DNA from: Squalus acanthias
Taxonomy: Eukaryota
Length of the DNA stretch: 64,000 bases
Direction of reading: 5' to 3'
Assembly (NCBI GenBank): GCA_030390025.1
Contig: CM059431.1
Location: forward strand, 145,764,001 to 145,828,000
Below, piece after piece: positions 12,075 to 24,911 of this stretch. Each line of letters begins with the position of its first letter. The first letter of the stretch is position 1. The position numbers were made by a program, and so were the translations under genes. Below the pieces are notes generated by a model, which was not told the DNA's origin, did not search any database, and saw nothing but the letters and a program-made list of their open reading frames with translations.

Positions 12075-12364
12075 CTGACCATCAAATATTTAGCCCAATT
12101 CCTTATCCAAAATACTTCTTGTTGGCGGATTTCTTCCCCATAGTTACCTTCGCCATGTTGGGTTGTTCTTCCATCAACAAGAACTTCCGGCCCGGGTAGT
12201 TTAAACAACAAGCTTCAATGTATTGACTATTAACAGTATTGCTCTTTTATCGCTTTTCGACACTATTACATTAAACGGCCAACAATTAATACAGCCTGGT
12301 TTTCCCTCACACTCCAGAAGATCTGGCCGGACATACAGGAGCTGCCTTCGAGGCAATGGATGTC

Positions 12365-12450
12365 TGACAACTTTAAAATTCTCATCTTGTTTTCAAACCC
12401 TTTCATGGCCCTCACCCCTCCCTATCACTGTAATCTCCTCCTGCCCCTAC
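12365..12450 (+). mobile_element. L2-clade LINE ORF2 C-terminal remnant; also at ~25205-25280 and ~30910-30990
   Basis: Reads with frameshifts as FKILILxFKxxHGLxPPYLCNLLQPYNPP, resembling the L2 ORF2 motif FKILLLVFKxLHGLAPPYL. Confidence 0.65.
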
Positions 12451-13589
12451 AACCCTCCCTATTTCTGTAACCTCCTCCAGTCCCTACAATACTCCCTATC
12501 TCTGTAACCTCCTCCAGCCCTACAACCCTCCCTATCTCTGTAACCTCCTCCAGCCCCACAATCCTCCCTATCTCTGTAACCTCCTCCAGTCCCGACAACC
12601 CTCCCTAACTCTGTAACCTCCTCCAGCCCCTACAACCCTCCCTATCTCTGTAACCTCTTCCAGCCCTACAACCCTCCCTATCTCTGTAACCTCCTCCAGC
12701 CCTACAACCGTCCCTATCTCTGTAACCTCCTCCAGCCCTACAATCCTCCCTATCTCTGTAACTTCCTCCAGCCCTACAATCCTCCCTATCTCTGTAAACT
12801 CCTCCAGCCCTACAATCCTCCCTATCTCTTTATACTCCTCCAGCCCTCCCTATCTCTGTAATTTCCTCCGACAATCCACCCAATCTCTGTTACCTCCTCC
12901 AGCCCCTACAACCCTCACTATCTATAACCTCCTCCAGCCCCATTAACCCTCCCTATCTCTGTAACATCCTCCAGCCCTGCAACCCTCCCTATCACTGTAA
13001 CCTCCTCCAGCACAACAACCCTCCCTATCTCTGTAATCTCCTCCAGCCCTGCAACAATCCCTATCTCTGTGAACTTCTCCTGCCCTACAACCCTCGCTAT
13101 TTCTGTAACCTCCGCCAGCCCCTACAATCCACCCAATCTCTGTAACCTCCTCCAGCCCTACAACCCTCCCTATCTCTGTAACCTCCTCCAGCCCTACCAC
13201 CCTCCCTATCTCTAACCTCCACCAGCCCCTACAATCCGCCCTATCTCTGTAACCTCCTCCAGCCCCTACAACCTTCCTAATCTCTATAATCTCCTCCAGC
13301 CTCACAACCCTCCCTATCTCTGTACCCTACTCCAGCCCGTACAAACCTCCCTATATCTGTAACCTGTTCCAGCCCTACAACCTTCCCCATCTCTGTAACC
13401 TCCACCAGCCCTACAAACCTCCCTATCTCTGTAACTTCCTCCAGCCCCTACAACCCTCCCTATCTCTGTAACCTCCTCCAGCCCCTACAACCCTCCTTAT
13501 CTCTGTAAACTCCTCCAGGCACACAAGATTCCCTATCTCTGTAACCACCCCCAGCCCTACAACTCTCCCGATCTCTGTAACCTCTGTAA
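12415..13589 (+). repeat. 36/37-bp satellite (CCCTCCCTATCTCTGTAACCTCCTCCAGCCC[C]TACAA)n; further arrays ~19553-20285, 23107-24040, 25255-25935, 30960-31470
   Basis: Direct reading. Confidence 0.97.
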
Positions 13590-16500
13590 CCAGAGCTGAG
13601 CGGCGGACCTGCGAGAGGCACAGGGTCAGCGAGAGGGACTCAGCACAGGAGTGATGTCAGAATTCAGAAGTGAGGGGGTCAGAGGGGAGCTGATTGGTGA
13701 GTAGCTGGTGGGTATTTTCTGCTAAGTTTTTTGTTCAGTTTTAAGTATATTTCTGCTGAGTAGTTCATAGCCCATTACTAGAGGGAGAGCGCTCATTGGT
13801 GAGTTGCAGGTGAGTGTTTTTGTTCAGTTTTTAAGTTTATTTCACGGGCTTTTTTACAGGGGCCAGTGTCGGGAGCGGAGAGAGCAGCAGCACTGTGAGT
13901 AGTTAAACTCACTTTCGTGGGATTTTTACAGAGGACAGTGTCCGGAAAGGGCCCTTGAGTATATCATTTAAGTGAAGTGAAATTGGTGGGATTCACTTAA
14001 TTTAATTTTAATTCATTAATTAAAGGTTAAGTCATGGCAGGAGAGCTCCGCCCCGTGATGTGCTCCTCCTGCTATATGTGGGAAATCAGGGACCCTTCCT
14101 GTGTCCCTGACGACCATGTGTGTGGGAAATGTATCCAGCTGCAGCTACTGATAGACCGCATTGCGGCGCTGGAGCTGCGGATGGATGCATATTGGAGCAT
14201 TTGCGACACTGAGAACATCGTGGATAGCACGTTTAGCGAGTTGGTCACACCGCAGGCAAAGGGTGTACAGGCAGGAAGTGAATGGGTGACCACCAGGCAG
14301 AGTAAGAGGTGCAGGCAGGTAGTGCAGGGGTCCCCTGTGGACATCCCCCTCTCAAACAGATATACCACTTTGAATACTGTTGGGGGGGACAACTTATCAG
14401 GGGAAGGCAGCAGCAGCCAACTTCCTGGCACCATGGGTGGCTCTGCTGCACAGGCTGGGAGGAAAAAGTGTGGAAGAGCTATAGTGATAGGGGATTCTAT
14501 TGTAAGGGGAATAGATAGGCGTTTCTGCGGCCGCAAACGAGACTCCAGGATGGTGTGTTGCCTCCCTGGTGCATGGGTCAAGGACGTCTCGGAGCGGCTG
14601 CAGAACATTTTGGAGGGGGAGGGCGAACAGCCAGTTGTCGTGGTGCACATAGGCATCAACGAAATAGGTAAAAAACGGGATGAGGTCCTAAAAGCAGAAT
14701 ATAGGGAGTTAGGAGGTAAATTAAAAATAGGACCTCAAAGGTAGTAATCTCAGGATTGCTACCAGTGCCACGTGCTAGTCAGAGTAGAAATAGGAGGATA
14801 TTTCAAATGAATACATGGCTAGAGGAATGGTGCAAGGGGGAGGGATTCAAATTCCTTGGACATTGGAACCGGTTCTGGGGAGGTGGGACCAGTACAAACG
14901 GGACGGTCTGCACCTGGGCAGGACCGGGACCGATGTCCTAGGGGGAGTGTTTGCTAGTGCTGTTGGGGAGGGTTTAAACTAAAGTGGAAGGGGGTTGGGA
15001 ACCTGAGCAGGGAGAAAGAGGAAAGGGGAACAAGGATAAAAGCAAAAGACAGGAAGGAGAAAAACAAAAGCAGAAGGCAAAGAACTCAACGGTTTAAATC
15101 AAACATGGTCACAGTGAATAATAATTCATATAGGTCTGAGAGCGTTAAAAAAACAAGCCTGAAGGATTTGTGTCTTAATGCAAGGAGCATTCAGAACAAG
15201 GTGGATGAATTAGCTGTGCAAATAGAGGTTAATGAATATGATTTGATTCGGATTACAGAAACATGGCTCCAGGGTGGCCAAGGCTGGGAACTCAAAATCC
15301 AGGGGTATTCAATATTTAGGAAAGATAGGCACAAAAGAAAGGGAGGTGGGGTAGCATTGCTGGTTAAAGAGGGGATTAACACAATTGAAAGGAAGGATAT
15401 TAGCTCTGATGATGCAGAATCTGTATGGGTAGAACTGAGAAATAACAAGGGGCAGAAAACGTTAGTGGGAGTGGTATATAGACCTCCAAACAGTAATACG
15501 GCGGTTGGGGATGGCATTAAAAGGGAAATTAGAAAAGCGTGCAATAAGGGAACAGCAGTCATCATGGGTGACTTTAATTTACATATAGATTGGGCTAACC
15601 AAATTAGTAAAAATACTGTGGAGGAGGAAATCCAAGAATGTTTATGGGATGGTTTTCTGGAACAATATGTCGAGGTACCTACCAGAGATCAGGCCATCTT
15701 AGACTGGGTAATATGTAACGAGAAAGGATTAATTAGCAATCTTGTTGTACGAGACCCCTTGGGTCAGAGTGATCATAATATGATAGAATTCTTCATTAGG
15801 ATGGAGAGTGAAGTACTTGAATCAGAGACTAGGGTCCTGAATTTAAATAAAGGAAACTACGATGGTATGAGGCGCGAATTGGGTAGGATTGACTGGGGAA
15901 TGTCACTCAAAGGGTTGACGGTCGATAGGCAATGGCAAACATTCAAAGACTGCATGGATGAACTACAGATTTTGTTCATCCCAGTGTGGCATAAGAATAA
16001 AACAAAAACGGTGACTCAACCGAAGCTAATAAGGGAAATTAGGGATAGCATAAGATCCAAGGAGAGGGCATATAAATTGGTCAGAAGAAGCGGTAACCCT
16101 GAGGATTGGGAGCAGTTTAGGATTCAACAAAGGAGGACAAAGGGATTAATTAAGAAGGGGAAAATAGAATATGAAAGTAAGCTTCCAGGGAACATTGAAA
16201 CTGACTGTAAGAGTTTTTATAGATATGTGAAGAGAAAAAGATTAGTGAAATCAAGTGTAGGTCCCTTGCAGTCAGAAGCGGGGGAAGTTATAATGGGGAA
16301 CAAAGAAATGGCTGACCAATTAAATGCATATTTTGGTTCTGTCTTCAGAAAGGAGTACAGAAATAACCTCCCAGAGATGTTGGAGAACATAGGGTCTGAT
16401 GAAAGGGAGGAACTGAAAGAAATCAGTATTTGCAGGGAAATGGTGTTAGGGAAATTGACGGGATTGAAGGCCGATACATCCCCAGGGCCTGATAATCTAC

Positions 16501-17117
16501 ATCCTAGGATACATAAGGAAGTGGCCCTAGAAATAGTAGATGCATTGCTGATCATCTTCCAACATTCGTTGGAAACTGGAACTGTACCCATGGATTGGAG
16601 GGTAGCTAATGTTACCCCACTATTCAAAAAGGATGGTAGAGAGAAAGTGGGGAATTACAGACCGGTAAGCCTGACATCGGTAGTGGGGAAAATGCTAGAG
16701 TCCATTATAAAGGATGTAATAGCTGAGCACTTGAAAAACAGTGACAGGATCGGACAAAGTCAACATGGATTTACAAAAGGTAAATCGTGCTTGGCTAATC
16801 TACTGGAATTTTTTGAGGATGTATCTGGGAAAATAGATAAGGGAGAACCAGTAGATGTGGCGTATTTGGACTTTCAAAAGGCTTTCGATAAGGTCCAGCA
16901 TAAGAGATTAGTGTGTAAAGTTAAGGCACATGGGATTGGTGGCAAAGTATTGACTTGGATAGAGAACTGGTTGACGGACAGAAAGCAGAGAGTAGGAATT
17001 AATGGGTCTTTTTCCGAGTGGCAGGCAGTGACTAGTGGGGTACCGCAGGGTTCGGTCCTTGGACCCCAGCTATTCACAATATACATTAATGATCTGGATA
17101 AGGGAACTAAATGTAGT

Positions 17118-18611
17118 GGCCCAGAAATTAAACACTGAGGGGGAAAAATTCAGCTGCTTGCGCCTCCCGTTAGCGCCTTAAGAGGGCGCTAATGGGGCGT
17201 AAAGCAGCTAACGCCCGGGCGCATCGCCGCCCACGCCTCCCGAAAAATTCAGCGGGAGGTTAGCGGCGGCGCCAGCCGGTAGCGCCCTGTGGCGCTGCAC
17301 CGCCGGCGATGACGTCATCGCCGTGCGCAGCACCCCGCTCGCGCTCCAGCCGCGATCTTCAGTCGCGCCCCCTGATTTACCACCAGACGCTATGTCCGAC
17401 GGGTTCAGGGAGGCGTACGTGCGGCCGGGGCGGCGATATTTAAAGGGGAGGTGGCAGGCGGCCATTTTTGTTGCTGGCCGCCTGCCAGCACCTGCCCCGT
17501 TGCTGTCCCCGGCCCCCGTGAAGCCCCCCCACCGTGAAGTGCCGGCTGCGCTCCAAGAGCGCTCCACTTCTCTTGAGTGCCGGGCTCTTTTGCCAGCACT
17601 CCCGATCCCTGGGGACCCAGCTGGGCCCCGGTTCGCGCTGCGCAGGGTCCCTCCCCTTTAAGAAGGGGAGGAAGGCCTGCAATACCGCGGCGCGACGTGG
17701 CGCTGCGGCACGTAGCGCCAGGATATTCCCTCGCAGCGCCCCAAGAGGGATGCGGGGTGCTTCCAGTGGCGCCCCGCTTCCCTCTTGGGGCGCAACCACT
17801 GAAGTTCCGGCGCGGGGCCGCTAATTTTTTCGGGGCGCTAAAAGTCGCGCCCCGGCGAGGTTAGCGCCCCAAATGGGGCGCGACTCAATTTTTACCCCTG
17901 AGTGTTCACGCGGGGGTAAGGCTTCCCCGCGATATATCACTCCGCGCCTATCATTTTCCTCCGTGCCCACTTGAACTTTAGTTTCAAGGCTGCAGCTGTG
18001 CAGTGCTTGCGTGACCCAGAGACGCAATTAGTTTGTGCGAGCTCTGGGATCACGTGATTCAGTTAGTGGCAGCACACCATCTTTCATTCATAGTTTTGAC
18101 AGGAAGACCTGTCAAAGCTGTGAATACTATACCCCCCAAAAGAACAGCTAAACCTCAATTAAATTTATCAAAAGCCATCACATTAATAAAATAAGTATAG
18201 TTAAATAAATTAACCACTTTAAACAAAAAATAAAATATTTGAAAAAATTTAAAATCTTTTTAAAAGTTATAAAAATAAACTTACCTTTCTTTATAGTCTC
18301 TAAAAAAGATAAACCTGTTGAAAAAAATTTAAAATACTTAATTAACTACTTACCTTGTTAAGAGGGTCTTACGCCTCCTTTCTTTATGTGTAAAATCTTC
18401 CTTGCTTACCTGCGCGTTCAAAGCACTAAGTGCACTGCGTGCGTACAGCCTGTAGCGCGCACGCGGTTCACTTAGGAACCGCCCCCTTTTGAAATCACGA
18501 AGTGCCGGTTTCCCGCGCATGCGCAGTGCATGCAGGAAACCGGCATTTGGAGAACTAAAACGCGAGAGTACACAGTGCGTACTCTCGCATATTAGGTCTA
18601 ATTTTCGGGCC
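17118..18611. mobile_element. Non-autonomous PIF/Harbinger-like DNA element (family A)
   Basis: TIRs GGCCCAGAAATTAAAC / GGCCCGAAAATTAGAC; 3-bp flanks AGT/AAT; removing it restores the CR1 RT sequence TGTAxTATCTCCAAG; homologous to 43529-44292. The superfamily is inferred from the TIR and TSD pattern. Confidence 0.85.
17139..17898. mobile_element. Nested GC-rich non-autonomous Harbinger-like element (family B)
   Basis: TIR GGGG(G/T)AAAAATT; TSD TGA at 17136-17138 and 17899-17901; ends homologous in inverted orientation to 51869-53125. Confidence 0.85.
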
Positions 18612-20361
18612 AATATCTCCAAGTTTGCAGATGAAGCAAACCTGGGTGGGCGTGTGTGCTCCGAGGAGGATACTGAGAAACTCCAGGATGATTTGGACAG
18701 GTTGGGTGAGTGGGCAGAAGCGTGGCAGATGCAATATAACGTGGATAAATGTGAGGTTATCCACTTTGGTGTCAAAAACAGAAAGGCAGACTATTATCTG
18801 AATGGCAATAGATTGGGAGAAGGGGAAGTGCAACGAGACCTGGGTGTCCTTGTGCACCGGTCGCTGAAGGTAAGCATGCAGGTGCAGCAGGCGGTGAAGA
18901 AGGCATTGGTATGCTGCCCTTCATAGCGAATGGGTTTGAGTATAGGAACAGGGATGTCCTGTTGCAGTTGTACAGGGCCTTGGTGAGACCACACCTTGAG
19001 TACTGTGTATAGTTTTGGTCGCCTTATCTGAGGAAGGATGTTGTTGTCATGGAAAGAGTTCAGCGAAGATTCACAAGGCTGATACCTGTGATGGCAGGAA
19101 TCACATATGAGGAGAGATTGGGTCGATTGGGCTTATACTCGCTGGAGTATAGAAGAATGAGAGGGGATCTCATCGAAACATACAAAATTCTGACCGGTCT
19201 GGACAAACTAGATGCAGGATGAATGTTCCCAATGATCGGAGAGTCCAGAACCAGGGGTCACAATCTAAGGATAAGGGGTAAGCCATTTACGACAGAAATG
19301 AGGAGGAATTTCTTCACCCAGAGAGTGGTGAACCTGTGGAATTCTCTACCACAGAAGGTAGTTGAGGCCAAGTCATTAAATATAATCAAAAATGAGTTAG
19401 ATATATTTCTTAAAGCTAAAGGTATCAAGGGATATGGGGAGAAGACAGGTAGAGGGTACTGAGTTTGGATGATCAGCCATGATCTCATCGAATGGCGGAG
19501 CAGACTCGAGGGGGGGAATGGCCTACTCCTGCTCCTATCTTCTATGTTTCTATGTAACCTCCTCCAGCCCTAGAACCCTCCCTATCTCTGTAAGCTCCTC
19601 CAGTCTTACAACCCTCGTAATCTCAGTAACTTCCTCCTACAATCCACCCAATCTCTGTAACCTCCTCCAGCCCCTACAATCCTCCATATCTATGTGACCT
19701 CCTCCAGCCCTACAACCCTCCCTATCTCTGTAAACTCCTCCAGCCCTACAACACACCCTATCTCTGTAACCTCCTCCAGTCCCATCAACCCTCCCTATCT
19801 CTGTAACCTCCTGCAGCCCCATCAACCCTCACTATCTCTGTAACCTCCTCCAGCATAACAACCCTCCCCATCTCTGTAACCTCCTCCAGCCCTGCAACCA
19901 TCCCAAGCTTTGTAAACTCCCCCAGCCATACAACGCTCCCGATCTCTGTAACCTCCTCCAAATCTACAACCATCCCTATCTCTGTAAACTCCTGCAGCCC
20001 CTACAACCCTCGCTATTTCTGTAACCTCCACCAGCCCCTACAATCCACCCAATCTCTGTAACCTCCTCCAGCCCTACAACCCTCCCTATCTCTGTACACA
20101 CCTCCAGCCCCTACAACCCTCCCTATCTTTGTAACCTCCTCCAGCCCTACAATCCTCCTGATCTCTGTAACCTCCTCCAAATCTACAACCCTCCCTTTCT
20201 CTGTAACCTCCTCCAGCCATGCATTCCTCCCTATCTTTGTAACCTCCTCCAGCCCCTACAACCCTCCCTATCTCTTTAACCTCCTGCTCTGTTTGTGTGT
20301 GCGCGGGGGGAATCTCGTCCTGGGATGGAGCCTGGGCGTTTCCTGATCTGTGTGTTAGTGT

Positions 20362-23040
20362 GTCATCGAGTGATAGTCATACAGCACAGAAAGAGGCCCT
20401 TTGGCCAATCATGTCCGTGCCGGCCATCAAGCCCTGTCTATTTTAATCCCATTTTCCAGCACTTGGTCCATAGCCTTGTATGCTATGGCGTTTTAAGTGC
20501 TCATCTAAATGCTTCTTGAATGTTGTGAGGGTTCCTGCCTCTACCACCCTTTCAGGCAGTGAGTTCCAGATTCCAACCACCCTCTGGGTGAAAAAGTTTT
20601 TCCTCAAATCCCCTCTAAACCTCCTGCCCCTTACCTTGAAACTACGCCCCCTGGTTATTGATCCCTCTACGAATGGGTAAAGTTCCTTTCTATCTACCCT
20701 ATCTATGCCCCTCATAATTTTGTACACCTCAATCAGGTCCCCTCTCAGACTTCTCTGCTCTAAGGAAAACAACCCCACCCTGTCCAGAGTCTCTTCGTAG
20801 CTGAAGCGCTCCAGCCCAGGTAACATCCTGGTGAATCTCCTCTGCACCCTCTCCAATACAATCACATCCTTCCTATAGTGAGGCGACCAGAACTGCACGC
20901 ATTATTCCAGCTGTGGCCTAACTAGCGTTTTGTACAGCTCCATCATAAATTCCCTGCTCCTATATTCTATGCCTCGGCTAATGAAGGCAAGTATCCCATA
21001 TACCTTTTTAACCACCTTATCTACCTGTCCTGCTGCCTTCAGGGATCTATGTAAATGCACACCAAGGTCCTTCTCATCCTCCCAAAATGCATCACCTCAC
21101 ACTTTTCAGGGCTAAATTCCATTTGCCACTGTTCTGCCCATCTAACCAACCCATCTATATCGTCCTGTAGCCTGAGGCTTCCCTCCTCGCTATTTACCAC
21201 TCCACCAATTTTCATGTCACCTGCGAACTTACTGATCATACCTCCTACATTCATATCTAAATCATTAATGTACACTACAAACAGCAAAGGACCCAGCACC
21301 GATCCTCTGCGGTACACCACTGGACACAGGCTTCCACTCACAAAAACAACCTTCGACCATCACCCTCTGCCTCCTGCCACAAAGCCAATTTTGGATCCAA
21401 TTTGCCAAGTTGCCCTGGATCCCATGGGCTCTTACCTTCTTGACCAGTCTCCCATGCAGGACTTTGTCAAAAGCCTTACTGAAGTTCATGTAGACTTACA
21501 TCAACTGCACTACCCTCATCCACACACCTAGTCACCCCCTCTCAAACTTCAATCAAATTGGTGAGACATGATCTCCCCCTGACAAAGCCATGCTGACTAT
21601 CCTTGATTAATCCTTGCCTCTCTAAGTGGAGACTAATACTGTCACTCAGAATATTTTCCAATAATTGCCCAACCACTGATGTTAGGCTCGCTGGCCTGTA
21701 ATTCCCTGGTTTATCCCTACTACCCTTCTTGAATAATGGTACAATGTTAGCTGTCCACCAGTCCTCTAGCGCCTGCCCTGTGGCCAGAGAGGTTCTGAAA
21801 ATTTGTGTCAGAGCTCCTGCAATCTCCTCCCTTGCCTCACACAGCAGCCTGGGATACATCTCATCTGGGCCTGGGGAATTATCCACTTTTAAGCCCGCTA
21901 AAACCGCTAGTACCTCCTCCCTCTTAATACTAATTTGTTCAAGTATATCACAATCCCCCTGCCTGATTTCTATGCCTACATCGTCCTTCTCCATAGTGAA
22001 CACAGATGCAAAATATTCATTTCAAACCTCACCTTCATCTTCCGGCTCTACACACAGATTGCCACTTTGGTCCTTAATGGGCCCTACTCTTTCCCTGGTT
22101 ATCCTCTTGCCCTTAATATACTTATAAAACACCTTGGGATTTTCCTTTATTTTGCCCGCCAGTGTTTTTTAATGCCCCCTCTTCGCTCTCCTAATTCCTT
22201 TTATAGTACCGCCTGCACTTTCTATACTCCTCTAGGGCTTCCATTGTTTTTAGTCCTTTGTATCTGCCAAAAGCCTCCCTTTTCTTCCTAATCCATTCTT
22301 GTATATCCCTTGACATCCAGGGCTCCCTGGGCTTGTCGGTCTACCCTTGAACTTTACAGGAACATGTTCGCATTGTACTCTCTCTATTTCCTTTCTGAAA
22401 GAATGCCACTGCTTTGATGTGAATTTTCCTACAAGTAGCTGATTCCAGTGCAATGTGGCCAGATCCTGCCTTATCATATTAAAATCGGCCTTCCCCCAAT
22501 TTAGAACCTTTATTTCCGGTCCATCTTTGTCCTTTTCCATGACTACCTGAAATCTCACCGAATTATTGTCACTGTCACCAAAATGCTCTCCTACTGACAC
22601 TTCTACCACTTGCCCGGCTACATTCCCTAGAATTAGGTCCAGTACCACCCCCTCTCTTGTAGGACTTTCTACATGCTGGCTCAAAAAGCTCTCCTGAATG
22701 CACTTTAAGAATTCCGCACCCTCTAAGCCTTTCACACTCTGACTATCCCAGTTAATATTGGGAAAGTTGAAATCCCCAACTATTATTACCCTATTATTTC
22801 CACACTTCTCTGAGATTTGTCTCCGTATCTGTTCGTGTATCTCCCCCTGACTGTTTGGGGCCCTATAGTACACTCCCACCAAAGTTCTTGCCCAGTTTTT
22901 TTTTAAATTCTACCCATATGGCCTCTTTAGAGGAACCTGCTAAGATATCATCCCTCCTTACAGCAGTAATTGATTCCTTGATTAATATTGCGACACCCCC
23001 TCCTCTTTTATAACCCCTCTGTCTCGCCTGAAGATTCTAT
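20362..23040 (-). mobile_element. 5'-truncated CR1 (ORF2 EN-RT)
   Basis: ORFs 22250-22882, 21542-22003, 21039-21341 and 20443-20898, the last ending IQGYGPSAGKWD. Confidence 0.95.
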
Positions 23041-23794
23041 TGTATGTGTGGGGCACCAGTCCGAGGATGGAGCCTGGGCCTTTCCTGCTCTGTGTGAGTG
23101 TGTGTGTTACTCCCTATCTCTGTAACATATTCCAGGCCTACAACACTCACTATCTCAATAAACTCCTCCAGCCCTACAACCCTCCCTATCTCTGTAACCT
23201 CTTCCATCCCCTACAACCCTCCCTATCTCTGTAACCTCCGCCAGTTCATACAACCCTCCCTATCTCTGTAACCTCCTCCAGCCCTACAACCCTCCCTATC
23301 TCTGTTACCTCCTCCAGACCCTGCAACCCTCCCTATCTCTGTAACCTCTTCCATCCCCTGCAACCCTCCCTATCTCTGTAACCTCCTCCAGCCCCACAAC
23401 ACTCCCTATCTCTGTAACCTCCTCCAGACCCTGCAACCCTCCCTATCTCTGTAACCTCCTCCAGCACTACAACCCTCCCTATCTCTGTAACCTCCTCCAG
23501 CCCTACAACCCTCCCTATCTCTGTTACCTCCTCCAGACCCTGCAACCCTCCCTATCTCTCTGTAAACTCCTCCAGCCCCACAACACTCCCTATCTCTGTA
23601 ACCTCCTCCAGGCATACAACCCTCCCAATCTTTGCAACCTCCTACTGGCCTAAAACCATCCCTATCTCTGTACCCTCCTCCAGCCCTACAACCCTCCCTA
23701 ATTCTGTAACCTCCTCCAGGCCTACAACCCTCCCTATCTCTGTAACCTCCTCCAAATCTACAACCGTCCCTATCTCTGTAACCTCCTGCTCTGT

Positions 23795-24260
23795 GTGAGT
23801 GTGTGGGGCTCTAGTCCGGGAATGGAGCCTGGGCCTTTCCTGCTGTGAGTGTGTGTGTGTGTGAGCCTGGGCCTTTCCTGCTCTGTGTGTGTGTGTGTGT
23901 GTGTGTAACTCCCTATCTCTGTAACCTCCTCCAGCCCCTACAAACCTCCCTATCTCTGTAACATCTTCCAGCCCTACAACCCTCCCTATCTCTGTAACCT
24001 CCTCCAGCCCCTACAACCCTCCCTATCTCTGTAACCTCCTGCTCTGTGTGTGTGGGGCTCTAGTCCGGGGATGGATCCTGGGCCTTTCCTGCTCTGTGTG
24101 TGTGGGGCTCTAGTCCGGGGATGGATCCTGGGCCTTTCCTGCTCTGTGTGTGTGGGGCTCTAGTCCGGGGATGGAGCCTGGGCCTTTCCTGCTCTGTGTG
24201 TGTGGGGCTCTATTCCAGGGATGGATCCTGGACCTTTCCTGCTCTGTGTGTGTGTTTGGT
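23795..24260 (+). repeat. ~50-60-bp minisatellite GGGGCTCTAG(T)CCGGGGATGGATCCTGGGCCTTTCCTGCTC(TG)n; also 29410-29945
   Basis: Tandem monomers, each with an embedded variable (TG)n and G tract. Confidence 0.92.
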
Positions 24261-24721
24261 CTGAGGTCCACACACTGGGTGAGCCGCAGTACCGGGCCAC
24301 GGCCACCAGATGCCGTCAGAGACCCACGGAGCACGTCAATGTCCCTCTTGTGGCAGCACTGGGGAACTGCAGCGCCTCCCGTCTTAAAGGGACAGCCACC
24401 CAGCATTAACGGTGTGGAACATCTATACCAGAAAGTAGGTCAGGCACTGATCTCTCAACCTCTGGGACTGGGGGTCAGGCACTGACCTCTCACCCTCTGG
24501 GACTGGGGCTCAGGTACTGAACTCTCCCACTCTGGGACTGTGGGTCAGGCACTGACCTCTCACCCTCTGGGACTGGGGGTCAGGCACTGACCTCTCACCC
24601 TCTGGGACTGGGGCTGAGGCACTGACCTCTCACCCTCTGGGACTGGGGGTCAGGCACTGACCTGTCTCATTAAAACACTAAAACACTATAAACCAAACAC
24701 TTAAACTAACTTGACACTGAC

Positions 24722-24911
24722 TGACATAAGGATTCTACTAGGCACTCGGTCTAAGTGTTAAACAAACCTTTAATCAACTGTTATTCAACATGGAGATCCA
24801 GTTGTCCACCCTAGTTCCTGTTGAGGAATGTCCTGAGCACGCTGGGCCCATGCCCGAGTATTTATACTCTCCCTGGACAGCGCCACCAGCAGGCCGCCCA
24901 GCATTTCTTCA
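24722..24911 (-). mobile_element. Second copy of the solo LTR, duplicated with its unit
   Basis: Same CTGAC flanks at 24717-24721 and 24912-24916. Confidence 0.8.

Larger units (their letters stand above)
13590..19555 (+). mobile_element. CR1 LINE, near full length, inserted in the 36/37-bp satellite; ORF2 interrupted by nested DNA transposons
   Basis: ORF1 from 14034 to ~14982 (CSSC..CGKC, IVIGDSIVRG); ORF2 EN/RT from ~14973 to 17117, resuming at 18612 and ending at 19462; (CTATGTTT) tail; TGTAACC on both flanks. Confidence 0.96.

Noticed and set aside
17208..18027. Cluster of GC-rich ORFs resembling a CpG-island gene
   Set aside because: Lies within TIR-bounded non-autonomous elements; no recognisable domain or transposase motif
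24270..24440. Coding exon in the GC-rich block of the macro-repeat
   Set aside because: Open frames on both strands but no recognisable protein and no convincing splice-site pair
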